Under the pieces are notes generated by a model. The model was not told the DNA's origin, made no database searches, and saw only the letters and a program-made list of their open reading frames with translations. The translations under genes and the position numbers were made by a program. A stretch of 61,446 nucleotides of DNA, counting the filler, from Sphacelaria rigidula (taxonomy: Eukaryota), in assembly GCA_964200075.2 (NCBI GenBank). It is 11 parts of 11 records of this genome, joined end to end, with 100 filler letters (N's around TTAATTAATTAA, not from the genome) between each part and the next. Parts side by side here need not be neighbours in the genome. Positions count along the whole stretch, not along the records: positions 11,192 to 16,686 come from CAXNAA020026858.1; positions 16,787 to 22,281 come from CAXNAA020026859.1; positions 22,382 to 27,876 come from CAXNAA020026860.1; 8 more parts are not named here. One strand, written 5' to 3'. Every line of letters starts with the position of its first letter. Position 1 is the stretch's first letter. Shown here in pieces: positions 11,092 to 25,080 of this stretch.

Positions 11092-11191
11092 NNNNNNNNN
11101 NNNNNNNNNNNNNNNNNNNNNNNNNNNNNNNNNNNTTAATTAATTAANNNNNNNNNNNNNNNNNNNNNNNNNNNNNNNNNNNNNNNNNNNN

Positions 11192-11260
11192 GAATCGTTA
11201 GGAGCCTCTGAACCAGACAAAATTTCGCGAAAAAAGTGCACCCCTACCGTAGCATTGCTC
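11192..11260. repeat. End of MITE family also seen at 30132-30388
   Basis: Reverse complement of GAGCAATGCTACGGTAGGGGTGCACTTTTTTCGCGAAATT. Confidence 0.8.
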
Positions 11261-12589
11261 AAGGGGAGAGTGTCGGTCTCTGTCATTCAATTCCAACGGT
11301 CGACAGTACGGGCGGGGTATTCGTTCCTTGCATTGAGTGTTAAGATTAGTAGAGAGCAGTCAAAATCTCGGCTAGCAGAGCCGTAGGAAGGATAGCATCG
11401 CAGCTTGTGTGGACTCAAACAGGCGGACAGGTTACCTCCCGTAAAACACGGTGTGACGCACGCAGCGTTTGTGCACATGCATATTTGCGACTGTATTTGG
11501 CTGTTTGAGGGTGTGCTGGTGTGATACTGCGTGACATCATTCAGGGATGGTTCTCGGAGTATAGTCGACTCTTTGAGGTAGTTTGTTGCTGTGATGACCG
11601 CTGGGGTCTTTGGGAGGGTGAGCGAATATATCGGACATCAGAGGCAAGACTGCGGTGCCCCCCTCTCCTCTCCTTCGCTACCTCCCTCAGTGTTGCTTCA
11701 TTTCTTGTGTCATGAGCACCACGCCATTTCATCAGATTCATTCTGTGAACCGTTACACGGTGAGACATTGAGTGATCCCGGGTGATACCAGATTATTTCA
11801 ACACTGTTCCTAGAGCGAACCTTTGATATCTGCCGGAGTTAGCGCTCGGTGCTTCAGAGATGAAACGCCCGCGTGAGGAACAAGAGCCGTGGGGTTCGGA
11901 TCCCGAGCATGATTCGTTGTTAATGGGATTTGGGCCTTAAATGGGTATGCTTGCGAAGGGGCGCGGCCCGGGAGATAACTGATGTGTTCATGGCGGTACT
12001 CTTCGACGAGTCTTTTAGTTTTTTATGAAGCCGACATTTAATCTCCGGGCTAGTAAGCGCTCACTATTCGTACGGAGGCCAAATATTCACTTGATGAGCA
12101 ACTTTCTGGTAAGCCTGGTGGGCAATAATCGAGCTTTTCAGCACATGGCCCGCCCTGCCTGAATCTGGTCTACCCAGTCTTGACATTTATATATATATAT
12201 ATGTGTGTGTATACAAGAGTTACGGCGGCTTCGCCGCCACGATCAGTGGATCGACATCCAAGATACATGAGCGCCGGTGATAGCTTTGTGCGTTGCGTAA
12301 TAGCAAGAGTCATAGTTTGGGGAGGCCGTAGCTGCTCACCAGCTGAGCATGGTGTGCATAAGGATTTAATCTTGAAGATGATACTAATTCCAAAAATGAC
12401 TATTTTGCCTCGTTTGTAATCTGAAGAGGAACATAGGTGTCAGGTTCACGATGGCACATGCAAAGGCGTGGCACTTGATAAACAATCCAACAATATCAAA
12501 GGTGAACCTCTGGAACTCATTGCCCAAGCCAAAACAAAACACTCACCTCGAGCCGTAGATGGTCATTACCTGAGCTATGCGTGACTTTG

Positions 12590-13250
12590 CGGAAATCTGA
12601 TAAAAATTCAATGAGAAACGATGATTTGTGTGAGACGTGCGCGGACCGGTGCTAATTGCGAGCGTTGCGTACGGGTCATACTTCGAAGACAAGGCAGTAG
12701 CTGCTCATCAGCTGAGCACGTTGCTCATCACTTAGAGCGCAAGGGTAGGTAAGTCATCTGGTCATGCGGCATACGTTTCAAGTAAATCTAATGCTGATTT
12801 CACAGATTGCCCATGCTCACGGTCAAAGAGTTGCTACCTCGCACAAAGTAGTCCAGAATCCAATGAGAAACGATCCGGAAAATGATGTAGATTTAATGTC
12901 TGGGGTGATACCAACTGAGTATTTGAAAAATGTTGCACGCGCCGCGCCTCATCGTAAAAAATAGCTGCTCATCACTCGAGCTGTGGGTGACCTTGCACAC
13001 ATCTGTTCAAAATTCAATGAGAAACGATATATGAATGAGATACGCGCAAACCGGTACTTCGAAGAAAACGCCGTCGCTGCTCATCAGCTGAGCACGTTGT
13101 TCATCTTGCTTATCCCCTAGACCGCGAGGGTAGGTCATCCGGTCATGCGGTGTATTTTTCAAGCAGAAGTGATGCTGATTCCGCAGATGAGCCATACTCG
13201 CGGTCGAAGAGTTACGATCTCGCATAGAGCTGTTCACACGACCCAAATCT
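12590..13250. repeat. Degenerate tandem duplication (~410-bp period) with recurring GCTGCTCATCAGCTGAGC motifs
   Basis: AAAATTCAATGAGAAACGAT at 12604 and 13009; motif at about 12331, 12700, 12963, 13076 and reverse-complemented at 29137. Confidence 0.75.
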
Positions 13251-16200
13251 GAAAAAAAGAAGCCGTTGCTTTCAGCGCCTCGTGATAAAACAGCCGCATG
13301 TACGGTAGAGCAGCAGTCCAGAGACGGTCAAAGGGAAGTACAATCGAGGCGACGCGACATGCCAGCAAGATCACAACATCCTCGAAGTGTGCCCCCAGAG
13401 AAACGGACAGCGATGGCACTTGGCTGCTTTGTACAGTTCCGACTCGACTGAGCATGATGCCGATTCAGTTACCAAGTAAAACCGATGCCAGTTACACGAA
13501 TGAAATTGGCCTGTGTGCGGTCGAGAGGTGACATCTCAGGCGGTTAAAAGGTGCACCGAGACGTCCAGCGAGGAAATGCATCAAACGGAACGCATCTCAA
13601 CGTCAAAACGCCAAGCAGAACACAGCGCGGGAAGTGCATGCACTCCAAACCCAAGCAGAACCGGAGCGCATCGAAATGTCCAGCGAAACGCAAGCCAAGA
13701 GGCTGATACGTATAATAAGCGGAAGAGTGTACTCTAAAGTCAAGTAAAAAGAAATGCTGGCTTCTGAGAGCTTCATAGAACGAAATGGCCCCGAAAGATA
13801 TGTACTCTAAATTCAAGTGAATAAACGCAGCATCTTGACACCTCTCTGCAGGGAACGAACCTCAGAACAAATGTCACTGATATAATCTCTGTTGTACAAG
13901 GTTTTTGGCGCTTCGCGCCACCGCTAAAGAGAGCGTTCCCCAAGGCAAAGGGTCATGAGAAGGGTTGCTACCGGCATCAACCATCGCCCACATACAGGAG
14001 TGCTCAGAGGCAAAGATAAGGTTCAGAGATCACTCTTTCGACACGAAGATTTTATTTAGAGATAACTCGTTCTCCTTTTTTTTGCTCTTTCGATTTTCAA
14101 TCATCGTCGACGACGATAAAATCCGACCGAAAAAGAATCGAAACGAGGCAGAAGACACTCATCCTGCACTACGAAAAAGATGCGCAGATTCTGCTGACTC
14201 ACGAGTGCTTCGAAAACAGACGAGGGGGCCAACGCACATCGGGAGAGTAAAGTTACGATAGCGCACCTACTGCATTGTTGAAATTGCTACGGTCACCGCA
14301 ATGCAGCACAGTGCTGCTACTGAAAGTCGTTGAAAGTTCATCCCAGCGAAAGGCACTAGACAACAGTCCAATGCAAGCGCGATAGTAGAGTGCCGCAGTA
14401 CAGATGGATCAGAGAAGGATGTGTACTGTAACAGACAGTAACTACAGAGGAGCATAAGTGGTCGATCACTGCGACCAAAAACATCCACGTCAAACCACGT
14501 TTATCAGCCTCCACTGTGAACTTTTAGTGCACACTGTAAAGTTTCAACGCCTCCACTCTGCACTATGACTATGCTCAGAGTTTTTTCCCGAAACTCTTTA
14601 ATATTGATGAATATCTGCAGTACAAAGTTACCGGTCGATCGCGCCGTGGCCTTTCCGACTGCCTCGCCGTGTCACAGGGAGGTCACGACGACGATGCTGA
14701 CTGTACGTCGGACCGGCATACGCGTGCAGGCTATATCATCTTATTCATTTCACGAGGTCGTTGCTTGGCATGGGAGCGAGGGATGGGTAATCATATGAAG
14801 CCGCTTACTCTTGCGCAACGAACAAACGTTCCAAAAAAGCCTATTTTAAGGAGTCAGTACCGATTTCGCCGGCATACGTAGTTCGGCGGATTATGCCACC
14901 TCATGAAAAATTGCTACTGTACTCTCTGGGAGAATTGTAGCCCACTCTTTCGACCTTTCGTGCGCCTAGTTCGACTTTTGGCCGGATGAATAGTTTGTCG
15001 ACCAGTCCACAAACACGGTTTCACAAGTGACCCCCAAAAGGCTAGAGTTCCCGGCTAAAAGTCAAAGTTGACGTACGAAAATGTCGGAAAGGGCGCTGGA
15101 ACCCTTTCGGAGAAGTACAGCGAGACCTTTCGAAGTGTCACAATCGGCAAAGCCTCGAACTATAGTAGTAGTTCTTGTATCACGAGTGTTTTTTCGGTGC
15201 CGAAACAGGATGCACATCTCGCAACAACACCCACCATTCAAACGAACGGTCAGAAACATCTGAGACGGAAGGAAACAGCACCACCAAACAGAAATTCCAC
15301 AAAGCATTCGCTCCATCATTCACGCCAGATGTTGTCACAAGTAACAGTAGAACGATGTACCGTAGTCTACCCGTTCCCCATATGCAACCATTAACCACGA
15401 GCATCGATCGACTATGCGTTTAATCAGCATCAAGTTAACTTGAAAGATAACTACATAGAACAGCATGTTGGTAAGGTTAGGACAGGATTTGTTTCTCGGA
15501 ACATAAGGTTTATCGTGATTTACACCAAGGCGGTCGAATCGTCCGAAACGACCGTCACCCCCTGAAAACCCGTGGTCTGGCGGGAATTATGGTGCAAACA
15601 TATTTGAAATAGACTTGGCCAGTACAGAGTCATAAGGAAGAATGTGTTCAAGATAGGGAAAAAACAAATGCACATTTTAGACAAATCTCATGGAAGGCAT
15701 CACCGCGATTTTAAATCTGACGGCCCTGAATTTCCGTCAGATTGCGGGCCTTCAGGGGGATGACGGCCGTTTCGGGCGATTAGATCTGTTATTATGACCT
15801 TTGTATGACCCGACCTGCTTACTAATAACCCTGGGCTAGTCAACCCGAACCGTCTTCCCGGGTCTGTCACCCTGGGACTGTCATCATCCAATCCCCAGTC
15901 TGGTAGTGTCATTCTCCCGTGTCAGGATGTTTCCTCGTGGGTGCATCCCTCTCCGTCAGTTCTGTACCTCAACCCGAACCGGCTTGCAAAGTCGGCCCTG
16001 TTCAAGTCCACGTCGCGGCTCCGCACACTCCGTACCCTTTCACCGAGTGAGAAGCTACAACCTACACACACACACCGTCCGGGTAGGATAAGTCATACTC
16101 ACTGTCCGACTGTGTCTTATACTATAGATCGCCTTGTTATAAATAACGAAAACCTCCTGCTCTGAACGCAAAACCCGTTCGTAGTCTCTCACACATGTAT

Positions 16201-16786
16201 AGCCAGATGACCTACCTACCCTCGTGGTCAGAGGGTTGAGCGATTCCGTTCAAGCTTTGGTTCGTGGCTGAACTCCTCGTACATATATTGAAAGGTATGC
16301 CCCATGTGCTCGGCACCAAATCACAGCTGCTTCCGAGTACTTGGAAAAAAAATGACCCTTCGTGGCGCAGAAAACGGCTAGTGGATTACAGCATTTAATT
16401 CAACGTGACAGACGTCGTTCTCTGGTAGTTCGGTGTTTGAACAAAGTACACCACACTACACTGTTTCCAACTGCGTGTGCACTACTGTAGTTCTGTGCCC
16501 TTTTTGCTCCACCTCACTGTACGACTCCTGTACTGTCCCCCAGAGCGCAGTGACCAAGGGTTGCTCGGTGCGCTCAGATGTAGATGCGTGGATATATTGT
16601 ACTAATGAATGTGCCGTATATAGCCTCTGCCAGACGATCTGGACAAGAGGGCTATTCAGTGAGGGACTTCTCCAGAATCCACTGGCNNNNNNNNNNNNNN
16701 NNNNNNNNNNNNNNNNNNNNNNNNNNNNNNTTAATTAATTAANNNNNNNNNNNNNNNNNNNNNNNNNNNNNNNNNNNNNNNNNNNN

Positions 16787-16858
16787 GGGGGGGCGTACTC
16801 ATTTGTTGCTTGCCTTGGTCATTTGACCATTGACCACGCATCCCTTTCGAGACGGAGC
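16787..16858 (-). mobile_element. LINE 3'-end fragment (subfamily A) at the contig edge
   Basis: GGGGGGGGCGTACTCATTTGTTGCTTGCC...CCCTTTCGAGACGGAG, followed by a G-run. Confidence 0.8.
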
Positions 16859-19139
16859 GTGGTTGGGGGGGGGGGTTGTGGACCGATGGGAGACTGCTAC
16901 CTACACCACGTCTCGTCGAGACATAAAATGATGATGCAACGTGAGAAATGGAATAAATATGCCGAAGACCCCACGTGTGGCAATCATTTCACGTTCCCTT
17001 TCACATTTTGATCATCGGGCTGTTCTTCCTCCTCTCACAGTGTAGAAAAAAATATGTTGAGTTTTTGTGGTGAGGAAGAGTACGAAATGTAACGTGAAAT
17101 GGTTGCGCCACTCGTAGGCTGTCGTTCCGCAATTGTAACTCTCATTTTTATTTCGTTTGTAATCTAGAAGATGAGGCCTTTAGTGGGGTTTTGCATATGC
17201 CTTTCATAGTGAGCTTCGGAAGGCTTTTTTTTATTGCTGTTGATGCCTTCTAATGTCGTTCCGTTATTGCTGCTGTATGTCCTTTTTTTGTTGGCTCACA
17301 CATGCAAAGGTCCCACTACGATACCTCCGGACGTATCCGCTTGGGTCCTGCTCCACTCAACATGGAAATCCCACCGTACAAGTTCATCGAAAGACGCGTC
17401 ATCGTCATCGGATAGGCAGGCATGATGGATGATGACATTTTTATCGACGTGGCAGATGATTTTGGACTCTTCAGGGAGGAGGTTTTGAAAATCGAAGCGA
17501 AAGCTTGAGGAGCATCTGAGGCGGGCAGGGAACGACGAGGGAAGGAGAGGGGAGGAGGGAGGGCACAGGAAATAAGTGTGCATTCATCATGCGGCTGCCA
17601 TTTTCGTTTTTGCAGACGAGGATCGGCGTGGCTCCCATTGATGTTGGCAGCAATCACCTCCGTGGTTTCATAAATATTTTTCCTCTCTCGTTTCTTTCCC
17701 TCTTCCCCTCCTGTCACGTTAGTCTCCTTTACGATGGATTTCGAGTTTTGTTTCTCATTTCATGGACCCCCTCTTCCGAAACACATGTTTTAAGCGCGGA
17801 AGTGAGAGGGGAGGGAGGAGAAAGAGGAGGAAGTGATAACTTGGGCGCCATGCCGCCCAAGATATTGAGGAGTTGATTTTGCATTTTGTGGGGTAGGCAA
17901 GGGGCGAGGGGAGGGAAAGAGAGGACAAGATTTCGCGCTTCTTGTCCAATCGCTGTGCCGTCCATGGACTACAGTCCACCAGCCGCGAAATGCACATGGA
18001 ATGTGCGAGCACTGGTGGTTATTTTTGCTGTTTTGAGGAAGGAAAACATGAAAAAGAGGGAGGGGGGGAACGAAAAGCATGCTTGTTACCTCAATACGTT
18101 CATGTTTCCACCTTGTGCTGCCCCATTCTTATGATGATGATACGTGCGTGGTTGACCCGAGCGTACAAGGAATCGGACAAGGGCCAACAGCGTCTTGATC
18201 AACTGGCGAGTCTTCAACACAATTTCTTCCTGAAAGAGTCTTGTGGAGCATTGGACTTCTTTGTCTATGCCGCAGCGGCAACAGATGGACCTCTAACACT
18301 ACAAGTACTCTGTGTACACTGTACTGAAACAGAGTAGTGCTATATACGGCAGGGGTGCACAGACCATTGATTATCGCGCTCTAGCTGACCACCCAGGGAT
18401 CTGGCCGTGGTCACATGATGTACGTACCCGAGACGAGACAACTAGAACACTCACTGAAGAGAAATGGAAAAACTGCGGAGGAGCATGGAAGGCACGCATA
18501 CTCACCTCACATGTGCTAGTCTGCATCTGTCCCATCCTGCCGATCAAATCACTTTACTGGCGCAGTCTAATGAATGAACAGTACAGGACGTGCGACTATG
18601 CACATTTTCGTGAGGATGGCGTATCGGTCCCCGAACGTGTTTTATTTTTGCTGCCACAAGGAACGACTTCGGTCCGTGCGTTACGGAGGTCGTGGATACG
18701 TTCGGTCCTGTCAGGTACTGGTGAACACATTGATGACAGTATGTACATCGAACGAGAGGGATTTTACGGTGGGTAGGGGTGCATGCATTCTTTGGTGCAA
18801 TTTGTTTCGAGGCTGCACAGTAAAGCCCAGATATTTGTCATTGAGATGCCCTGACCGTGCAGAGCCACAAAATAAACATACGAACCTCTGCCATTGGACT
18901 ACTCTCGAATGGTATCGTTACAATCTTCGCCTTTTCCTTCGTTTGTTGTTCCAATTTGAGTTTGACAAGGTGAAGTTGGATTTGGTTTCTGCTGGGCGTA
19001 AAAACTCGACCGACTGTTTCGTTGCGAAAGGATTTTTGCGACCCGATCCTTGCGACAGATTATTTCATATGCCGGACGAGCACGAGTGGCACTCGTGGCA
19101 CTCGCACTCGTTGGGCCGCTCATTGACCGAAAAATGATT

Positions 19140-19252
19140 GGGGCGAGCACTCGAGTCATTGCTCCTTATGCAAAAAATGTATAGGATGAGCACGGGAGTC
19201 ATTGCTCGTTCTGGAAAACATGAAAAGGACGAGCACTCGAGTCATTGCTCGT
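19140..19252. repeat. Short tandem repeat (~42-bp period, GAGCACTCGAGTCATTGCTC x3)
   Basis: Three visible copies. Confidence 0.75.
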
Positions 19253-20914
19253 TGTGAACGACTTCAGTGGAGGAGTCAGCAATCCGACGAGCAAATAATT
19301 CTTCCACGATCTTGAACCTAGAATCTTCAAGTTCACATGCACATGTGCACATCCTGTGACAGCCCGTCACGGTATTGCTCCTCATGTTTCATCACGCTTC
19401 ATTCGAGAACACGCAGAAGACATGCCAGCGAGTCCATCATTGTTGCACTTGGAGGTGTGGTGAATCAGGGATTTTTTTATCTAGTACCGCCGCATGCTCC
19501 GTGCTGTACCTAATAGTATAATACCGTACCAGTTCAAAGACGGATATGCATGATATAAACGGCACCGACATGCTCTGGTTATCATGAACTGTGTACGTGG
19601 CGCGGGAAGCGTAGTTTTTGTCAAGAAATTCAAAGACACAACCATACTGCAGTACAAGCATTTCTTATGATTAGCGTGCAACACGTGATCCGAACGAGAC
19701 AAAAGGCAAAGCATTTGCATTATAATACCTGGGCGCTTTGGCACTGAAACGAGTCTCACCAGTCCCTCCACTACCTACCGTAAGGAGATTGATACCACGT
19801 GTAATTTCGAAATGAGTTACGGCCAGACCTTCACTTTAGAGTAGAAGGGCCCAGCCGAGACCACTCTGGTTTCACCGCCTAAATCCGAGACCGCACAACG
19901 CCACAAACACCGAAATAAATTGGAAATTATATTGGACGCGCCCTGGACACAGGGCAATCTATCAGGAAACAAAATGCACACATTCCGACGTCCGTTCTAC
20001 CATTGAAATGTATGCTCATTGTCAACGCGCTGAATAAATACTGTAGATCAGCGTGGAAGTAAATGTACAACCCAAACACGCCACTCTGCCAGGAAGATGA
20101 AACAACAGCGGATTCTCGAAAGTGGGGTCGAACAACAAAATGACGTTCAAATCAAAAGCAGCCTTTGGGGGAACGGAAGGCCAGAAATTCCTCGAAATAG
20201 GTTTAGGGACGTCGTCAATATGAAGCTCATTTGTCATGATTTTGGGTCAGAGTAAGCATTGCTTTTGAGTTGAACCTCATTTTTTTGTTCAACCCTGTTT
20301 TTTAAAATACACTGCTGAACGGCTTCCTACTGAGCAAACATCGCCCATTCCCTCCCGCCTGACAAAGCTCACGCCCAGCAGAAATGGGCTACTATCCTAT
20401 ATAGAACTACACCGCTCCGACACCATGTCATCCCTCCTCCTCTCTCCTTTCCCACGCCTCCCTCAATGCGCACTTCCCGAGAGAATCTACGGAACCAATG
20501 CCCCATGTACAGGTACAAGACGAGGTAGGGCATGGAGGCAATCCTCCCTTCTTGCACCCCCCTCCACCCCCCCCCCCGCGCGCAGAACAGTACGTGTTAG
20601 AGGGGGGAAATGTGGAAAGTAAACGAGGGTGACAAGAAATCGTTTCATCCATTAGACGTTAGCGAGAGAGCGGTCGCTACCCTAGGAAATAGATGTTCAA
20701 CGGCGAACCAGGAAGGGAACAAGATATGCAGGGTGTTACAGCGGATACCGACCGTACATGTAGTAGGCGTTTCGAAGTACGTGTGGCATGTGCATTAGGT
20801 TTTGTTCCATCCGCATACTAGTGTTGTGTTCCAATTTGGCGTGCTTCACGTCCCTGGCCCGTCACAACTTCCAACTTCAAGCTACTTAGCAACAGTCGTT
20901 TCAGCTACTTAGCA

Positions 20915-21215
20915 ACACGCATGATCATGAGTACACCCCACCCCCCATGGGGTTAATGTCTATTGGCAACGACGCTGTAAAACACGCCACTCAATGTGTG
21001 CTTGGTGATTGCGGACCTGGTCCGGCGAAACCCAACGTGCTCCGTCTCGGCGTTGTTTGGATGCGAAGTCAATGCCATATGACTACGGCATGCAACATTA
21101 TGAATACAACCCCCTCCCTCCCGCCCGCGCGCTCAATATACAATTCCCCTCCCCCAATGGAGTTGGCGTCGGTTGGCAATGACGCCGTGACACACGCCAC
21201 TCACTGCGTAAGCTA
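20915..21215 (+). mobile_element. Two LINE subfamily-B 3' ends with a duplicated ~55-bp C-rich flank
   Basis: ATGATCATGAGTACACCCC (20921) and GCTCCGTCTCGG...TATGAATACAACCCCC (21039-21114); CCCCCMATGGRGTT...GGCAAYGACGCYGTRAMACACGCCACTCA occurs twice. Confidence 0.7.
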
Positions 21216-21924
21216 GGCAACCAAGCAACCGGTTTTGTTTGCGTTTGCGTTTTTTTGCGGTAACCATCTCTCGTTGGTGGTCGAGCTGCATCACACTGTG
21301 CGGGGTGGGAGAACCTCAACACCGCGCAAAGGGCATGGTTGTATAACTTAGGGTTTGAATGGTGAGACACCCATGAGGCAGTGTGGAGCCCATGGCGGTC
21401 CCTGGGAGTGGCTATGCCAGAAGACGAAGCAACTCATTAGAAGGTGTCATCCGCATGCAAGACCATCAGTACGCTTCGGGCTGTGACGGTTTAAGAGACT
21501 ACGAACTAGACTACTGACCAGTCAGCGCTGACTGATCAGTAGTCTGGAGCTAGTTGGTTATCTTTTCAACCGTCACAAAAGTTAGTCGCTGGATCGATTC
21601 CTGTCGAACGCACTTTCTTTGAAGAAAAAAGAGGAGAGAAAGCCTCTGTGAAAAATTGGCCCAAAGAGAAAAGGGTGGGGTATAGCCTGGTGCGTACAGC
21701 TGCTGCAGCACAGGAAGTATGTTTGGAGTTGACTGCTACGGACCCCAATGCACACACTCTGGAAACGAGTGGGGGACACGAGCAACTCAAGGTTACGGTG
21801 AGAAGTGACAACACTAGAGGTCCTGATGGCAGTCGATAGAGCGTAAACAATCTTAGTAGGATACAGCTTATCCTTCATGCGACTCGCCGAACGCATCACG
21901 GCGCTTCGCGCTTGGTGATTGCAA

Positions 21925-22281
21925 GCCTGTGTTGTGTGTGTTGACATCCCAATTATTCTGGACGCCGATCTACACCTTTCGGTATATGTGGGCTCATCAG
22001 CCGGGGTCACACAGGAGGAAGGCCAACACAGGAGTTTTTCCATTTTTGTTTTGTTTGAGTACCCCACCTTCCTTCCGCGGTGCCTGCCTTTTATTTTTAT
22101 CGCGAAAGGGGTTCAGCAGCCCCTTTCCCTCGTCGGCCTTGAAGTCGACTTTTGTGTTCCCACGACAGAGTCGCTCTCCACTGTTGGGTGTGAGAAAAAA
22201 TCCCAGAGCGCTCCGAGATTTGAACCCACGACCCAACCGTCAGAAGGTTTTGAGGTTAACAACTGAGCCACCGGGGCGATC
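21925..22281 (-). mobile_element. tRNA-derived SINE (same family as 5836-6200)
   Basis: A box TGGCTCAGTTG, B box GGTTCAAATC, conserved CCAGCCGGGGTCACACAGGAGG body and CA-rich tail. Confidence 0.85.
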
Positions 22282-22381
22282 NNNNNNNNNNNNNNNNNNN
22301 NNNNNNNNNNNNNNNNNNNNNNNNNTTAATTAATTAANNNNNNNNNNNNNNNNNNNNNNNNNNNNNNNNNNNNNNNNNNNN

Positions 22382-24360
22382 ACTATTTGTTTCAGGCAGG
22401 TCGGGGGTGAAAGAAATGGTGAAATGGTGCTGTGCTCGATGGCTTCTGATGTCTTGACTTCAAAACTGACTTTCACTTACACACTGGAGTTGACCCTCCT
22501 CCTGTGTGACCCCGGCTGGTGCGCCCACATATACCGAAAGGTGTAGACTAGTGCCCAGAATAAATGGGACGACAACACCCCGTGGCCCCTTTTGAGCGGC
22601 ATACACACACGTCATTGTAGCGGATATGTGTACGAAGAGTGCTGCTCTGCTTGTGCGACATTGGCGACATTCTACTCTTAAGAAGCTTGTGGCATGATAT
22701 GCGGGTATCCAAAATATGGGATAGACGAACGGGAACTGATCGGCACGCCCCGGAATACCCCCGAGCAGCTGCCCGTGATACAGACAGAGCCTCTTGCTCG
22801 ACTGTAGCTAGAGCGAGGACCAGCTCGCTTGAGAGGTGTCTTCCGAACTGGTGGGCGCAACAAAAATAGAGGAAGGAAGATAACGTGGGAGGCAGAGGAA
22901 GGAATTAACCGGCGACTTTCCGCCATTTGCTTCCTGAAACAAACTTAGTTTTCCATCCCGTTCTGTTCATCGCCGATTCGGATTCAGTATGAGTTTCCAA
23001 AGGGCGTGGTCTTCAGCTCGACGAGCGTCAAAGCAGGTGGGGAAGAGATAGCCGTGGGACAGCAGAACGAGCTACAGTATATTCGCCTCTCATGTATTCA
23101 TGCGAAAGAAGTATTTGTGATCGTGTGTATGCTTTTGTGGGCATGCCATCTGGTGCTCTAATGCTGTCGAGGACAGTGGGGTGTGCGACATCGAAGGACG
23201 CGGGTTGTTGCACACTAGAGTACAGTCAGAGTGCAATGTACAGATCTACAACCGTAACAGATTGGTTTCGCGTCCTCTATTCCAAGTCCTGCAGGATACT
23301 GTTGTGAAGCCTGAACAGAACAACTGGTTTACTATCTTCACTACTGTGCGGCATACTCTTTCGCATTGTGGCGGTCGTGCTGACTTCAAGTCAACCCGCT
23401 TCTTGTGCCATCATACGCAAATCGATCCTGTCTGTACACCCGTCTCCACAGTAGGAGTCGTCTTTCCTTCCCCCCAGGATATTAGGACCCGACAACAACA
23501 GCATGCGGCACGCGTCCTGTAATCCGCCTCGATTCTCCTCTTGAAACCCCTAGTCTTCGCTCACTGTTGAACCTCACTCTCACGCTCTTAGTCATCAATA
23601 ACGTCAAAAATCCTCTTGCCCTGTACATGGATATGCTGTACCAGCAGTCGTGCAGTAGCACGTGCCTCTCGCTTTTCAAGGCATCTCGCTTTCGATACGC
23701 ATGACCTGTCCGTTGGTCTCGGCAGGCGCTGTGCACGGAACGCTTATTACAACACAAAACCAGGCAAAGCGGGCGAGGACAATGCGCTCTCTACGCCCAC
23801 GGCAGCGGCAGTAGCTCTGTTCGCGATGGCTCTACAAAGAGCACGGGGGCGGGGGCGGCGGGGGGCCGAGGCGGTGGTGAAATGGACAACACTCTACCCG
23901 CGATGGTGTGCAGTACCTGCCGTGCGCCCCTACAGAGTCGCAAGGATTTGAACGGGACTCTGAGCGTGAGCTGCCCCAAGTGCATGTCGGAGTGGCAGCC
24001 TTGGGTGGCCTCATCTACCGCCACAATGGGACCAAATCGAAGTCAGGAAGGTGTCTCTTTAGCTGCGCCGGCTGCGTCGGCTGCATCCACTGCGGTGAGA
24101 GTTCTATGTAGAAGGTTCTCATTGCCCCATTGTTCGCTCTGCCGTGCCGTAGGCGTCGCATGCAACTATTTGTTTCAGGCAGGTCGGGGGTGAAAGAAAT
24201 GGTGAAATGGTGCTGTGCTCGATGGCTTCTGATGTCTTGACTTCAAAACTGACTTTCACGTACACACTGGAGTTGACCCTCCTCCTGTGTGACCCCGGCT
24301 GGTGCGCCCACATATACCGAAAGGTGTAGACCGGCGTCCAGAATAGACGGGACGACAACA
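22382..24360. repeat. Direct duplication: 22382-22579 is nearly identical to 24165-24362 (includes a SINE 3' end)
   Basis: ACTATTTGTTTCAGGCAGGTCGGGGGTGAAAGAAATGG... repeated about 1.78 kb apart. Confidence 0.9.
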
Positions 24361-24599
24361 CACACACACGCACGCACGCACTGGAGCGTTTCAGAATATT
24401 TGAACATGAATCACATTTTCTGTTGCAGTGGTGGCGAAGGACGGCGGGTTTACAGGTGTCGTCGAGCAATTGAGCTTGATCTGCTTCCTGGAGTTCATGA
24501 TGACTAGCGTAAAAGAAGCGGCATCGAAGTCCCCATACGGCACAAGCATGTTTATAAAACCAACAGATTGAATATCTGGGCGGATTTAGGCCGGTTCCT

Positions 24600-25080
24600 T
24601 TAAGGCCGATCCTTCATAGCAAGCAAAAAAAAGTCCTCTAAAAACACTTTTTCGGTCCTTCTTCATCGCCTCACGCCCTGAAAGAGAGCGAGGCGGAGTT
24701 TGAGACCTTGGAATCACTGACTGTACTCGTTTAGGCGATTCCAAGACATCTTCGCGTTTCTCGGTGGCCGCAGTTTTTATCTTTGCCAAATAAGCGTTTT
24801 TATGCAGAAATGCAGAGATGGTCAAGCCGAGAGAAAAATGGCAGTTTTTTCTTGATTTGGCCGTTCTTGGACAAAAATTCAAGTTTGGCCAAAATAAAAA
24901 CTGTGGTCATCGAACAACGCGAAGATGTCCGAGAACCGTCTCGACGAGTAAAGCAAGTGATTCCGAGGTGTCGAACTCAGCCTAGCTCATCTCTCTGAGG
25001 GCGTAAAATGACGAAGATGGACCGAAAAAAAACATTTTTCCGGGCAAAAAACAATGCCGAATTTTGAGTGACCCCTTATA
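24600..25080. mobile_element. Foldback/palindromic MITE (~480 bp)
   Basis: Arm 24640-24795 (TTTTTCGGTCC...GGAATCACT...GACATCTTCGCG...CAGTTTTTAT) pairs with 24885-25035 (ATAAAAACTG...CGCGAAGATGTC...AGTGATTCC...GGACCGAAAAA). Confidence 0.8.

Noticed and set aside
15920..16255. Possible solo LTR (TG...CA); similar hint at 39631-39975
   Set aside because: No TSD, PBS/PPT or second copy to support the boundaries
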